Numbered from the stretch's first letter, positions 20,855 through 31,250 are shown. The stretch is DNA of 64,000 bases from Candidatus Versatilivorator sp. (GCA_965207735.1 OZ242296.1:768001-832000); one strand, 5' to 3'. Numbers and translations: made by a program. The notes: generated by a model not told the origin, from the letters alone.

Positions 20855-21652
20855 ATGGAGGCCGGCGCTGCCGGTGAAGCGATGTCCACAAACGTCTTCA
20901 TGCGCTATCGGATTGATTCCGCGGACCAGTATGGAATTCTGGAGGGAGATCGTCTCTACCAACTTGAAGGCGACCCGCTGAATACCCAGCAGACCACCGG
21001 GACCATTCATCGGCTTTCCGAAGTCCGAACGCTGGTCCCATGCGAACCCCGCCAGATCCTGGCCGTTGGCCGAAACTACCGGAGCCACCTCAAGGGAAGA
21101 CCGGCGCCCTCGCGCCCGGAAATCTTCTACAAACCCTTCAATTCTCTACAAAATACAGACTCTCCGATCATTGTTCCGACCGAGGCTAATGAAGTTCACC
21201 TTGAAGGCGAGCTGGTTGTGGTGATTGGACGAACAGCCCGAAACGTCTCACTCGAGCAGGCCGAATCGTGCATCTTCGCTCTGACCTGCGGCAACGATGT
21301 CAGTGCGCGAGGGTGGCAGCGGGGACCCGACCAGGACCTGCAGTGGTGGCGCGCCAAGGGGTGCGATACCTTTGGTCCCGTTGGACCGGTAATGGTTCAG
21401 GGGCTGGATCACCGCAATTTGCGACTCGAGACCCGGCTCAACGGCCAGGTGGTTCAGCAACAAACCACGGCCGATCTCATATTCGACTGTGCCACCGTGG
21501 TCAGCTACATCAGCCGGTATCTCACCCTGAGCCCGGGAGACCTGATCTTCACAGGCACCCCGGGAGCTACCGACTGGCTCACACCGGGCGATGTCGTCGA
21601 AGTTGAAATCGAGGGCATCGGGGTGTTGAGCAATCCGGTCGAGGCCGGCTGA
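20855..21652 (+). CDS. Fumarylacetoacetate hydrolase family protein
   Basis: VGRNY..H, EGEL.VVIG, NDVSAR, KG.DTFGP, PGDLIFTGTPG; true start may be 20882. Confidence 0.9.
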   Translation: MEAGAAGEAMSTNVFMRYRIDSADQYGILEGDRLYQLEGDPLNTQQTTGTIHRLSEVRTLVPCEPRQILAVGRNYRSHLKGRPAPSRPEIFYKPFNSLQNTDSPIIVPTEANEVHLEGELVVVIGRTARNVSLEQAESCIFALTCGNDVSARGWQRGPDQDLQWWRAKGCDTFGPVGPVMVQGLDHRNLRLETRLNGQVVQQQTTADLIFDCATVVSYISRYLTLSPGDLIFTGTPGATDWLTPGDVVEVEIEGIGVLSNPVEAG

Positions 21653-21726
21653 AATGGTTCCGACGATATCAATGTCAGCCGGTTTGCAGGCCCTCTTTCC
21701 TTCCCCTTCCCGCCTTCATTGACTTC

Positions 21727-22683
21727 ATGGAGATTACCTACGGCTACAAATCCTATCGGGCAGACCGCCGAAGCTCGCTGACCATCGGCAATTTCGACGG
21801 CTTTCACCTGGGACATCAGCGGATCCTGGATGCCCTGGTCGATGCTTCCAGCACCTCGGGAACCCGGTCGGTCCTGATCAGCTTTCTGCCCCATCCCCTG
21901 CAGCTGCTGATGCCGGAGAAAGCCCCGCGAGCCATCACTCCCCCGGAGGAAAAAATCCGCCTGCTGGGCCTCAGCCGGCTGGAGGTGCTTGCCATCCTGG
22001 ACTTCGACCGGGCTCTGTCCCGAATGACCGGTGAGGAGTTCGTGCGGGAGATCATCGTCGGCGTATTTCGGGCGCGTGAGGTTTTCGTCGGGAGCGATTT
22101 TGGGTTCGGACATCGCCGGACCGGCAACATCGCATTGCTCCGAAACCTCAGCCGGGAGCTCGATTTCCAGGTCCACATCTGCCCACAGGTGATTGTGCGG
22201 GGATCCCGGGTGAGCAGTACCCGGATACGCGAAATGCTCCAGGCCGGGCGTATCAGCAGCGCCAATCGCCTGCTCGGGAGGTTTTTCAGCTTGAAGGGAG
22301 AGGTCGTTTCCGGGCGCGGGCTCGGAAGAGAATCCCTGTTCCCCACCTTGAACCTTCGCCCGGGGTACGAGCTGATCCCAAGACCCGGGGTGTACGTCAC
22401 CCAGGCCTCCATTGGTGGTAAGCCCCATCCCTCGGTCACCAATGTCGGTTGGCGGCCCACGGTCGCCGGCAAGGATCTGACCGTGGAGACCCACCTGATC
22501 GACACCAGCCTGGAGAGCCCACCAGCCCATCTCAGCCTGGCCTTCCTTCACCGCTTGAGAGATGAAGAAAAGTTCGAGTCGCTACGGCAATTGAGAGGTC
22601 AGATCGCCCGCGACTGCCGGAGGGCCCGCCGATTCTTTCGTCTTTTCCGGCGGCTGGGCCGACCGCTGGCGACGGCCGGCTGA
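21727..22683 (+). CDS. ribF: Bifunctional riboflavin kinase / FAD synthetase
   Basis: TIGNFDGFHLGH, G.DF.FG, SSTRIR, FPTLN, NVG.RPTV, VETH, LRDE.KF. Confidence 0.95.
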   Translation: MEITYGYKSYRADRRSSLTIGNFDGFHLGHQRILDALVDASSTSGTRSVLISFLPHPLQLLMPEKAPRAITPPEEKIRLLGLSRLEVLAILDFDRALSRMTGEEFVREIIVGVFRAREVFVGSDFGFGHRRTGNIALLRNLSRELDFQVHICPQVIVRGSRVSSTRIREMLQAGRISSANRLLGRFFSLKGEVVSGRGLGRESLFPTLNLRPGYELIPRPGVYVTQASIGGKPHPSVTNVGWRPTVAGKDLTVETHLIDTSLESPPAHLSLAFLHRLRDEEKFESLRQLRGQIARDCRRARRFFRLFRRLGRPLATAG

Positions 22684-22697
22684 TCGCAGTTCGGCGG

Positions 22698-23615
22698 TCA
22701 AGCACTCCCGGGGGCCCGAGGGGCGACCCGGAAGGCCCCAACCCCGAAGATGCTGGGGATTGCCAGGGGCCATGCACCCTGAGGGGGTCGGTAGCGCTGC
22801 TCCAATTGGGGAAGCGTAAGGTTCTCTACCGTTTCGAAGCCATGAGCGGCCATCAGCGTGTTCATCGACCCCAAGGAATACTGGCTGACCATGGGCTCTC
22901 CCCGTTTGGCTACAAAGGATTTCATTTTCTCCTTCATGAGCAGGTGCTCGGGTCTGGCGGAGTCTTCGTCCAACAGGTAGTCGAGCACCAGGAGGGTGCC
23001 CTCAGGCAGGTTCCTGGAAATGGAATCAGCCGTCTCGCACAGATCTTCGGCGGTGAGGTAGTAAGCAACTCCCATCAGGGTCAGGAAGGTTGGCCGTGAT
23101 GGTTGGAAACCGGAGCCTTCCAAGGCTACAACCGCGGAAGTCTTGCTGAGGTCGACGTGGACGAAATGCAGGCGAGGTGGGATGGTCCAGCCGGCCTGGC
23201 GGATGCGGTCCAGCTTCTGAGCCTGGGTGATGGGATGGTCGATCTCGAAGACATCGATTCGACTCATGAGATCGGGCCTGCGAAAGGCGAAGGAATCCAT
23301 ACCGGCTCCGATGATGACATACTGGTCGATCCCCTTCTCTACGGCTGATTCCAAAGCCTCTTCGGCATATCGTGCCCGCAACAGCACGCAAAGGGTCACG
23401 GGTTCAATCGCTCTCAACACGCCCTTGATCAGAATCCATGAGAGGGGACGCAACCAGATCACCAGGCGCCAGAACCATCCGCACAGATACCTGGCAAAGG
23501 GATCCTCGAACAGCCGCACCGGATTCCTCTGGTGACTGGCCCGTACGGCCGCGGTAAGTTCGGCGGTCGAGGCTCTGCTCTTCTGTTGTAGTCTGGCGGA
23601 CTTCCCGATACTCAT
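22698..23615 (-). CDS. Class I SAM-dependent methyltransferase (LCM / TIGR00027-like)
   Basis: TA...AAVRA, DPFA, QYVIIGAGMDSFA.R, FEIDHP.TQ..K. Confidence 0.85.
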   Translation of the reverse strand: MSIGKSARLQQKSRASTAELTAAVRASHQRNPVRLFEDPFARYLCGWFWRLVIWLRPLSWILIKGVLRAIEPVTLCVLLRARYAEEALESAVEKGIDQYVIIGAGMDSFAFRRPDLMSRIDVFEIDHPITQAQKLDRIRQAGWTIPPRLHFVHVDLSKTSAVVALEGSGFQPSRPTFLTLMGVAYYLTAEDLCETADSISRNLPEGTLLVLDYLLDEDSARPEHLLMKEKMKSFVAKRGEPMVSQYSLGSMNTLMAAHGFETVENLTLPQLEQRYRPPQGAWPLAIPSIFGVGAFRVAPRAPGSA

Positions 23616-23794
23616 CGATCTCCCCTTCCTGAGTTTTGCTGGATTGCCACTTACCGCTCCGGCTCTGCAATGCGGGCCAGGCTGCCCATTATGCCACGCG
23701 CGGCGCCGGCGCCGTTGATTGTTGACTCACTTCGGGTCGCTCGGGTTTGCAAATGTAGAGTCAGGCTGCTAGGATAGCCTTGAGGTAAGCGAGC

Positions 23795-24226
23795 ATGAAA
23801 CGGGCGATTCCCTATTTGTTGCTCTTCCTGTTTACGGCGGGCCAGGCGGAAGGCCTGGTGCGGCTCTGTGCGGAGTGGTTGTGCCCGGAAGGCCGTAAAC
23901 CCGGGTGTTGCCACCAATCCCTGCAGGCAAACAGCGCGCCAAGTGCCGGGTCTGAAGCCGGACACTGTTCGCCGGCGAGAACCGCGACGCCACTCGAACT
24001 GGATCGGGCTCGTTGCTGCGAAAGCCTTTCCCGCGGTACCGAGGGCCTGTTCCTCACGGCAGAACGACTTCCCAAGGAAGCTTTCAGGCAGTTCCTGCTC
24101 TGTTCCGCCCACTCGCCGGGCAGGCTGCACTCTTCGCTCGATTCCTTCTCCGCTGACGATCTCCCTTCGCAATTCCTGCAGGATCCGTCCCCTCCAGACC
24201 TCCACTCTCCGGTCCTCCGTATCTAG
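23795..24226 (+). CDS. Small exported Cys-rich protein upstream of the Cus operon (possible metal-responsive leader)
   Basis: Signal-like N-terminus, CxxxxC, CCH, CC motifs, C-terminal PSPP...VLRI. Confidence 0.55.
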   Translation: MKRAIPYLLLFLFTAGQAEGLVRLCAEWLCPEGRKPGCCHQSLQANSAPSAGSEAGHCSPARTATPLELDRARCCESLSRGTEGLFLTAERLPKEAFRQFLLCSAHSPGRLHSSLDSFSADDLPSQFLQDPSPPDLHSPVLRI

Positions 24227-24367
24227 ACCCTTTTCCATTCCGTTGACCTTTCCCACCCGATGAGGGTGCCGACGTCGCGTCGCGTCCGACCCCGTTCGGA
24301 TGCCCGGCCGCGTTCCACCAACGCCGTCCATGTCCCAGCGTCGACCCTCCAATGGAATGAGGCAGAT

Positions 24368-25705
24368 ATGAAGTCACACCCCAATGGAAGGCGAGGATCG
24401 GGCACCCTGTTCCAGGCAATGCTTGGCGGGATCCTGATCCTGTACGGATCGGCAACCTCAAGGGCTTCGGATCTCTATTCGCACGACGGAGACCCTCGCC
24501 TGAAGGCATTGATCGAGCGGGCGCTGGAGCGCAGTCCCCTGCTCCAGCAGAGCTTGGCGGATTACCGGGCAGCGCTGCAGCGACCTCCCCAGGTCGGCCA
24601 ACTGCCCGATCCGGTGCTGGCCATCACCCAGTATGCCCGCCGCCCCGAAACCAGAGTGGGTCCGCAAACCACCATGATGTCTCTGTCGCAGGCCTTTCCC
24701 TGGTTCGGCAAGCTGAACGATCGGGCGCAGGTGTCGGCGCAGCAATCCATGGTTCTGCGGGAACAGCATCGCGCCCGCGAGGCCGAACTCATCCGTCAGC
24801 TCAAGGAAGCCTATTACAGCCTGGCCTACCTGGATCGTGCCATCGCGATCGCTCAAGAAGAGGAAACCATACTCGAGCACTACGAAACCCTGGCTCAGGC
24901 CCGCTATGCCCAGGGCGCCGGCTCCCTGCAGGAAGTGGTCAAGTTGCAGGCTCAAATCACTCGATCTCAACACCGATTGCAGCTTCTGCGAATCCAGCGG
25001 GTGGATGCGGAGGCCCACTTGAACGGTTTGCTGGACCGGCCGGCGGCCACGCCCGTGGCAGCCGTCGCACTGCCCTCTCCTCCCACTCACTCGGTCGATG
25101 TCGAGAAACTCCTGCAGATGGGACAACTTCGCCGGCCCGAGATTCAGGCGGCGCGTCACCGGATCGAGGCGGGAAAAAAGCGGATCGAGCTGGCCCAAAA
25201 GGGTTACCGGCCCGACTTTAGGTTGGGAGCCAGCTTCGTCAATGTGATCGGGCGTTCCGATCCGTTGGGAAGACTCAACCCCCCGGACCAGAACGGGAAG
25301 AACATCTACGGCCTGACACTCGGAATCAAACTGCCCATCCGTCGCCGGCGCCATGATGCAGCTGTTCGGGAGGCCACCGAAAGCACCATATCCTCCCGGC
25401 GGGCCTACCGCAGCCTGAGCCGACAGGTAGAGGTCTCCATCCGGGCCATGGCCTTTCGTATTCAAACGCTGCAGGACCAGATCGAATTGTTCCAGCGGAC
25501 GTTGCTCCCCCAGTCCGAACAGGTCCTTCATTCCACCGAAGAAGCCTACGCCACCGGCAGGCTCGGAGTGCTGGATCTGCTGGACAGCGAGCGCAGTCTA
25601 TTTCAAGTGCGGATGGGACTGGCCAAATTGATCAGCGACACCATGAAATCCTTGGCTGAACTGGAACGCACCGTCGGCGTTCCCTACGGGGAGGTGAAAT
25701 CATGA
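24368..25705 (+). CDS. TolC-family outer membrane efflux protein (CusC-like)
   Basis: LPDP...SQ.FPWFGKL, R.EI.AA, YRPDF, Y.TG....LDLLD; overlaps the cusB start (ATGA). Confidence 0.85.
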   Translation: MKSHPNGRRGSGTLFQAMLGGILILYGSATSRASDLYSHDGDPRLKALIERALERSPLLQQSLADYRAALQRPPQVGQLPDPVLAITQYARRPETRVGPQTTMMSLSQAFPWFGKLNDRAQVSAQQSMVLREQHRAREAELIRQLKEAYYSLAYLDRAIAIAQEEETILEHYETLAQARYAQGAGSLQEVVKLQAQITRSQHRLQLLRIQRVDAEAHLNGLLDRPAATPVAAVALPSPPTHSVDVEKLLQMGQLRRPEIQAARHRIEAGKKRIELAQKGYRPDFRLGASFVNVIGRSDPLGRLNPPDQNGKNIYGLTLGIKLPIRRRRHDAAVREATESTISSRRAYRSLSRQVEVSIRAMAFRIQTLQDQIELFQRTLLPQSEQVLHSTEEAYATGRLGVLDLLDSERSLFQVRMGLAKLISDTMKSLAELERTVGVPYGEVKS

Positions 25706-27183
25706 AATTCCACGGAGGTTGGATTCTAGGCCTCTTGCTGGCCTTTCTATTGGGTTTGGCGCTGCCGATGCTGATCGAGGGCAACCTGCCGGATTGGGGG
25801 CGGCTGGCCGGCTGGTTGGAGCGCGTGCGGCCTTCCGGCCCCTCATCGGATCTCGGGCGGCAGTTGGCGCAAATGCAGCTCTGGACCTGCGGAATGCATC
25901 CCCAGGTAATTCAGAAGGAGCCCGGCAGTTGTCCCATCTGTCACATGGATCTGGTTCCCGTAAGGGATGCCGAGGGTGAAGCGGAGCCATCCCGGGACGA
26001 ACGCAGGATTCTGCATTGGCGAGCGCCCATGGATCCGGGCTATATTTCGGACAAGCCAGGGCAATCGCCCATGGGAATGGACCTGATTCCCGTCTATGAG
26101 GAACCGGCCCAGAAGCAGTCCGGCGTTCGCGTAGATCCCAATTTCCTGCAAAATTTCTCCATTCGATCCGCCCGGGTTGAAAAAGGCCGGATCCCCCGGC
26201 TGATCAAAACGATCGCCACGCTTCACCACAACCCCAGGACCATGGTGTCGATCAACACCAAGTTCGAGGGTTGGATTGAAACCGCTCACGTCAATTACCT
26301 CGGCCAGCCGGTGCGCAAGGGCGACCTGTTGTTCGAGATTTTCAGCCCTCAACTGCTCACTACCCAGCAGGAGTTCCTGGCGGCGCTCCAATTTCTGAGA
26401 CGACTCCGGGAGCAGGCCCACCCAAAGGCCGTCCAACGGGCTCAGGCCCTGGTGGAGGCCGCCCGCCGGCGATTGCTGTTCTGGGATGTCACTGAGGATC
26501 AGATCGGACGCCTGAAAACCGAAGGCAAACCATTCAGGCGATTGAAAGTCGCCTCGCCGGTCTCCGGGGTAGTGGTCGATCAGGCCGGCGAAACACTCGA
26601 GGGCATGAAGGTCTCCCCGGGTATGAATCTCTACCGGGTAGCCGACCTCTCGACCGTCTGGGCACAGGTTGAAGTTTTTCAACATGAGATGCGGCACCTG
26701 CGAATCGGAAAAAAGGTGCGCGTCAGCCTGGACGCCTTTCCCGAACGGAGGTGGCGAGGCACCGTCGTGTCTCTCAATCCCGAGCTCGACCCCCGAACTC
26801 GAACTCTGGGGGTTCAGGTTGAAATTTCCAATAAGGGCGGGCGCTTGCGCCCGGAAATGGTCGCCGAGGTGGAGCTTGAAATTCCCGGCCCGGCGAATGC
26901 GCTCAAGGTGCCCGAGGAGGCGGTGCTCCATACCGGAGAAAGGAGTGTGGTCATCGTTCAGAAGGAACTTAATCTCTTTGAACCCAGAGAAGTCGAGCTG
27001 GGAGCCACGGGCGGTGGTTTTCAGGAAATCCGGACGGGGTTGAAAGACGGCGAGCGCGTGGTTACCTCTTCCCAATTCCTGATCGATTCGGAAAGCAACC
27101 TGAGAGAAGCCATCAACAAAATCGCGGCACGAGCCCGAGTCTCGGGAGAGGAATGGCAACCGGAGGATTCGGAGAACCATTAG
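25702..27183 (+). CDS. cusB: CusB-family RND periplasmic adaptor with heavy-metal-binding domains
   Basis: WTCGMHP...CPICHMDL and APMDP...PG.SPMGMDL, GWIE, QQEFL, SQFLIDSES. Confidence 0.9.
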   Translation: MKFHGGWILGLLLAFLLGLALPMLIEGNLPDWGRLAGWLERVRPSGPSSDLGRQLAQMQLWTCGMHPQVIQKEPGSCPICHMDLVPVRDAEGEAEPSRDERRILHWRAPMDPGYISDKPGQSPMGMDLIPVYEEPAQKQSGVRVDPNFLQNFSIRSARVEKGRIPRLIKTIATLHHNPRTMVSINTKFEGWIETAHVNYLGQPVRKGDLLFEIFSPQLLTTQQEFLAALQFLRRLREQAHPKAVQRAQALVEAARRRLLFWDVTEDQIGRLKTEGKPFRRLKVASPVSGVVVDQAGETLEGMKVSPGMNLYRVADLSTVWAQVEVFQHEMRHLRIGKKVRVSLDAFPERRWRGTVVSLNPELDPRTRTLGVQVEISNKGGRLRPEMVAEVELEIPGPANALKVPEEAVLHTGERSVVIVQKELNLFEPREVELGATGGGFQEIRTGLKDGERVVTSSQFLIDSESNLREAINKIAARARVSGEEWQPEDSENH

Positions 27184-27203
27184 GCGGTTCGAGGTAGGAG
27201 GGA

Positions 27204-30200
27204 GTGACCATGCTGACGTATATCATCGACTGGTCCATCCGCAACAAAATGCTGGTATTGCTGGGAGCGGCCTTCCTCTCGCTGGCCGGTGTCTACGCGG
27301 TTCAGCAGGTGCCTGTGGACGCCATTCCCGACCTCTCCGACGTTCAAGTCATCGTTTACACCGAATACCCGGGACAAGCACCTCAAATCGTGGAGGATCA
27401 GGTCACCTATCCCCTGACCACCCGAATGCTCTCGGTTCCCTTTACCAAGGTGGTTCGGGGTTACTCCTTCTTCGGCTACTCCTTCGTCTACGTCCTCTTC
27501 GAAGACGGCACCGACATCTATTGGGCGCGCAGCCGGGTCCTGGAATATCTCAACGCCGCCTCCAAGCAGCTTCCCGCCGGCGTCACGCCGACTCTGGGTC
27601 CCGACGCTACCGGAGTTGGGTGGGCATTCATGTACGTCCTGCAATCGGATCGCCATGATCTCAGTCAACTCCGCTCCATCCAGGACTGGTATCTGAAGTA
27701 CGAGCTTACAGCGGTCCAGGGGGTTTCGGAGGTTGCCAGCGTGGGCGGGTTCGTTCGGCAATATCAAATCACGGTCGATCCCAACAAGCTTCGAGCCTAC
27801 AACATTCCCATTTCCAAGATTCGCCGCGCCGTTCAACGCAGTAACAGCGACGTCGGTGGACGATTGCTGGAAGTCGCCGAACGGGAGTTCATGATACGAG
27901 GTCGGGGGTATATCCAATCCTTGGAAGATATCCGCAGCATCGTGCTGGGGGTAGGCGGCAATGGAGCCCCCATCCTGCTGGGGGACCTGGCCAGGGTGTC
28001 GATGGGACCTGAAATGCGCCGGGGGCTGGCCGACTGGAACGGCGAGGGCGAAACCGTGGGCGGCATCGTGGTGGTCCGATTCGGCGCGGACGCATACCAG
28101 GTGGTTCAGGATGTCAAAGCCAAGCTCGAACAGGTACGGCCGGGCCTTCCCGAAGGCGTCCGGATCGAGGTAGCTTACGACCGTTCGGCCTTGATCGAAA
28201 GATCCGTTTCCGGAGTGGCCCGGAGCCTCACCAGGCAGTTGATGATCGTAGGAATTGTGACACTGCTCTTTCTTGCCCACCTCCGCAGCGCTCTGGTGAT
28301 CGTTGCCACCCTGCCGGTGGGAATCCTGATGGCCTTCATTGTGCTCAACTTTCAGGGTCTGACGGTCAACATCATGTCCCTGGGTGGCATCGCCGTCGCC
28401 ATCGGAACCATGGTCGATTCGGGGATCGTGCTGGCCGACGCCGTTCACCGGCGGTTGCAGGAACGGGCCGGAAAGGATCCTCACTGGCGGATTGTCGGCG
28501 ATGCCTGCAAGGAAGTGGGGCCGTCTCTGTTTTTCTCGCTGTTGATCATCACCGTCTCCTTCCTGCCCGTCTTTACCCTGGAGGAGCAGGAAGGGCGTCT
28601 CTTCAAGCCCCTGGCCTTTACCAAGACCTATGCCATGGCCGCGGCGGCGCTTCTCACCGTGACCCTGGTCCCCGTCCTGGTCGGCTATTGCATCGGCGGC
28701 AGGCTCAGGCCCGAGAGAAAAAACCTCCTTCAGCGCTGGTCGACTGCGCTTTATCGCCCGCTGCTGGGCTTCGCCTTCCGTTTCAAGTGGCTGGTGTTGG
28801 TGTTGGCCCTGCTGCTAATGGCGATCAGCCTGCTGCCCTTCTCTCAGTTAGGCTCCGAATTCATGCCCGCCCTCTGGGAAGGCGATCTTCTTTACATGCC
28901 CACCACGCTACCCGGAATCTCCATCACCAAGGCGCGCGAGGTCTTGCAGCAGACCGACAGGATCCTCAAGAGCTTCCCCGAGGTCGATCGGGTTTTCGGC
29001 AAGGTGGGCCGAGCCGAGACCTCCACCGATCCGGCGCCTCTCTCCATGATCGAGACCACCATCATGCTCAAACCGGAGAGCCAATGGCGGGAAGGTATGA
29101 CCCCGGACAAACTCATTGAAGCCATGGATGCGGCCATTCAGGTGCCCGGGCTCACCAATGCCTGGACCATGCCGATCAAGACCCGCATCGATATGCTCTC
29201 CACGGGTATCAAGACGCCGGTGGGAATCAAGATTTCCGGTCCTGATCTGCGGGAACTGGAACGCCTGGGCAAGGAGGTGGAGCAGATCGTCCGTCAAGTG
29301 CCGGGAACATTGAGCGTCTATGCCGAGCGGGTGATGGGAGGCCACTACCTGGATTTCCGGATCGACCGCAATGCGCTGGCGGTCTACGGACTCCAGGTCG
29401 GCGATGTACAGGAGGTCATTCAATCCGCCATCGGCGGCATGAACATCACCACTACTGTGGAAGGCCTGGAACGATACCCGGTGAATCTGCGCTACAGCCG
29501 CGAACTACGGCACAACCTGCCGGCCCTGAACGCCATTCTGGTATCGGCGCCCAGCGGCCGGACGGTCCCCCTGGGCCAACTGGGCAAATTCCGCTATGTG
29601 AGCGGTCCCGCAGGAATCAAGAGCGAGAACGGCAAGCCCAACGCCTGGGTCTACGTGGACATCCGGAACGTAGACATCGGCGGCTACGTGGCCCAGGCCC
29701 GGCAGAGGGTCGATCGGGGGATCCAGGTCCCGCCGGGCTACACCATCGACTGGAGCGGCCAGTTCGAGTCCATGCAGCGGGCTCGCCGTCGACTGATGCT
29801 GGTCGTTCCGCTCACACTGGTCCTCATCTTTGTGATGATCTATGTCAACACCCGTTCCCTGGTGGAAACCGGAATGGTCCTGCTGGGGGCGCCCCTGGCC
29901 TTGACCGGAGCCATTTGGCTGCTATACCTGCTGGACTACAACCTGAGTGTGGCCGTCTGGGTAGGGATCATCGCGCTGGCCGGGCTCTATGCGGAAACGG
30001 CGCTGGTTCTGCTGCTCTACTTGAGAGTGGCCTACCGGCAATTTCAAAAAGATACCCGGCAGCGAGATCGCAACGGCTTGCTTCAAGCTATCGGCAACGG
30101 TTCCACCCAACGATTGCGGCCGATCCTGATGACCATTGCCACCGACGTGATTGGCCTGATGCCGATCATGTGGAGCCAGGAGACCGGAGCCGAGGTGATG

Positions 30201-30347
30201 AAGCGGATTGCGGCTCCCCTGGTTGGAGGGGTGATGACTTCGGGGCTGGTGGTGCTGGTGGTGCTCCCCCTGGTCTATTCCATGTGGAAAAGTCGGGGAC
30301 TGCCCAAGGGAGAGACGTTTACTGCGCTGCATGCCCCCAACGAGTAA
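27204..30347 (+). CDS. cusA: CusA/SilA Cu(I)/Ag(I) RND efflux pump
   Basis: DAIPDLSDVQVI, EDQVTYPL, GPDATGVGW, LYMP, PAPLSMIET, RIDMLSTG, RLRPILMT. Confidence 0.95.
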   Translation: MTMLTYIIDWSIRNKMLVLLGAAFLSLAGVYAVQQVPVDAIPDLSDVQVIVYTEYPGQAPQIVEDQVTYPLTTRMLSVPFTKVVRGYSFFGYSFVYVLFEDGTDIYWARSRVLEYLNAASKQLPAGVTPTLGPDATGVGWAFMYVLQSDRHDLSQLRSIQDWYLKYELTAVQGVSEVASVGGFVRQYQITVDPNKLRAYNIPISKIRRAVQRSNSDVGGRLLEVAEREFMIRGRGYIQSLEDIRSIVLGVGGNGAPILLGDLARVSMGPEMRRGLADWNGEGETVGGIVVVRFGADAYQVVQDVKAKLEQVRPGLPEGVRIEVAYDRSALIERSVSGVARSLTRQLMIVGIVTLLFLAHLRSALVIVATLPVGILMAFIVLNFQGLTVNIMSLGGIAVAIGTMVDSGIVLADAVHRRLQERAGKDPHWRIVGDACKEVGPSLFFSLLIITVSFLPVFTLEEQEGRLFKPLAFTKTYAMAAAALLTVTLVPVLVGYCIGGRLRPERKNLLQRWSTALYRPLLGFAFRFKWLVLVLALLLMAISLLPFSQLGSEFMPALWEGDLLYMPTTLPGISITKAREVLQQTDRILKSFPEVDRVFGKVGRAETSTDPAPLSMIETTIMLKPESQWREGMTPDKLIEAMDAAIQVPGLTNAWTMPIKTRIDMLSTGIKTPVGIKISGPDLRELERLGKEVEQIVRQVPGTLSVYAERVMGGHYLDFRIDRNALAVYGLQVGDVQEVIQSAIGGMNITTTVEGLERYPVNLRYSRELRHNLPALNAILVSAPSGRTVPLGQLGKFRYVSGPAGIKSENGKPNAWVYVDIRNVDIGGYVAQARQRVDRGIQVPPGYTIDWSGQFESMQRARRRLMLVVPLTLVLIFVMIYVNTRSLVETGMVLLGAPLALTGAIWLLYLLDYNLSVAVWVGIIALAGLYAETALVLLLYLRVAYRQFQKDTRQRDRNGLLQAIGNGSTQRLRPILMTIATDVIGLMPIMWSQETGAEVMKRIAAPLVGGVMTSGLVVLVVLPLVYSMWKSRGLPKGETFTALHAPNE

Positions 30348-30359
30348 TCCTGAGGCAGG

Positions 30360-30845
30360 CTAGTTCAGTGGCAGTGCGCTGAAGGGGAGCAGCCTGCCGC
30401 CATGCTGCTGCCTGAAGGTTTCGGCCGCCTGTTGGCTGGAGAATGCCAAGACGCTGGGCGAGCACCGGTCGAACCGCATCGAGGCCGGTTGTTTTTGCGA
30501 GTCCGTGAGTACGGGATGTTGCAGGCAGAGATTGACGTCGCTTCCCTCTACCACGTAGGCCTCTTCGGGCGCAATCCTGGACCCGGTCTCGAAGTCGGTG
30601 AGCTCGACCACCGTGACCGCCTCTCCCGCTTGACGGCCCAATGTCATGGCGCAGGTCGGGCAACAGAAGGCTTCTTGCCGCCCCTGGCTCAGGGCAACCA
30701 CCTGGCTGCCCGCATGCAGGTGGCGCTGGCAGACACGACAGCTATCCGACCCGGAATCCTGCCTCCATTGCCAGGCAGTGTAGGTCAACCCTCCAACCAC
30801 CACCAGCAAGACCAAAAGAACGATTTTCTCGGTCGCGTACTTCAT
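30360..30845 (-). CDS. NosL-like membrane-anchored copper-binding protein
   Basis: N-terminal TM, CRVC, FCCPTC, DF.TG..I..EEAYVV.GSD, LAF.SQ.AA..F...HGG. Confidence 0.7.
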   Translation of the reverse strand: MKYATEKIVLLVLLVVVGGLTYTAWQWRQDSGSDSCRVCQRHLHAGSQVVALSQGRQEAFCCPTCAMTLGRQAGEAVTVVELTDFETGSRIAPEEAYVVEGSDVNLCLQHPVLTDSQKQPASMRFDRCSPSVLAFSSQQAAETFRQQHGGRLLPFSALPLN

Positions 30846-30905
30846 GGCAATGATTCAGGATGCCGGCAGGCGCCGTGCCGTTTCCTATGCATACTACTGG
30901 ACATT

Positions 30906-30994
30906 TGGTGCCCGGGACCGGAGTCGAACCGGTATGGAGGAGAACCTCCGAAGGATTTTAAGTCCTTTGCGTCTACCAATTCCGCCACCCAGGC
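30906..30994 (-). tRNA. tRNA-Leu (anticodon TAA)
   Basis: GCCTGGGTGGCGGAATTGGTAGACGC...GACTTAAAATC...long variable arm...GGTTCGACTCCGGTCCCGGGCACCA. Confidence 0.95.
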
Positions 30995-31250
30995 CTACCC
31001 TCCTGCCCAAAGGGTTGGTGTGCCTTGGCCGATCAGGCAAAGTGATCGAGATATACCACCTTGCGGACGAACCTGTCAATCGAGCCCCAATCGGAACGTG
31101 GGGGATCGGGGTTGACCAAGTGATTGTCGATCCGTGATTAACGTTTCCTCGACAATCTGAAATCTACAATTCAAAATCCGCAATTGGAGTTGCACCCTCG
31201 CCGGTCTTGCCAAAAGGCCCTGCCTTGCCCAATAATTCGGAACAGCCGTT

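Noticed and set aside
22698-30905. Genomic island integrated at tRNA-Leu (likewise downstream of tRNA-Glu)
   Set aside because: No integrase and no duplicated tRNA 3' end (att site) found by eye
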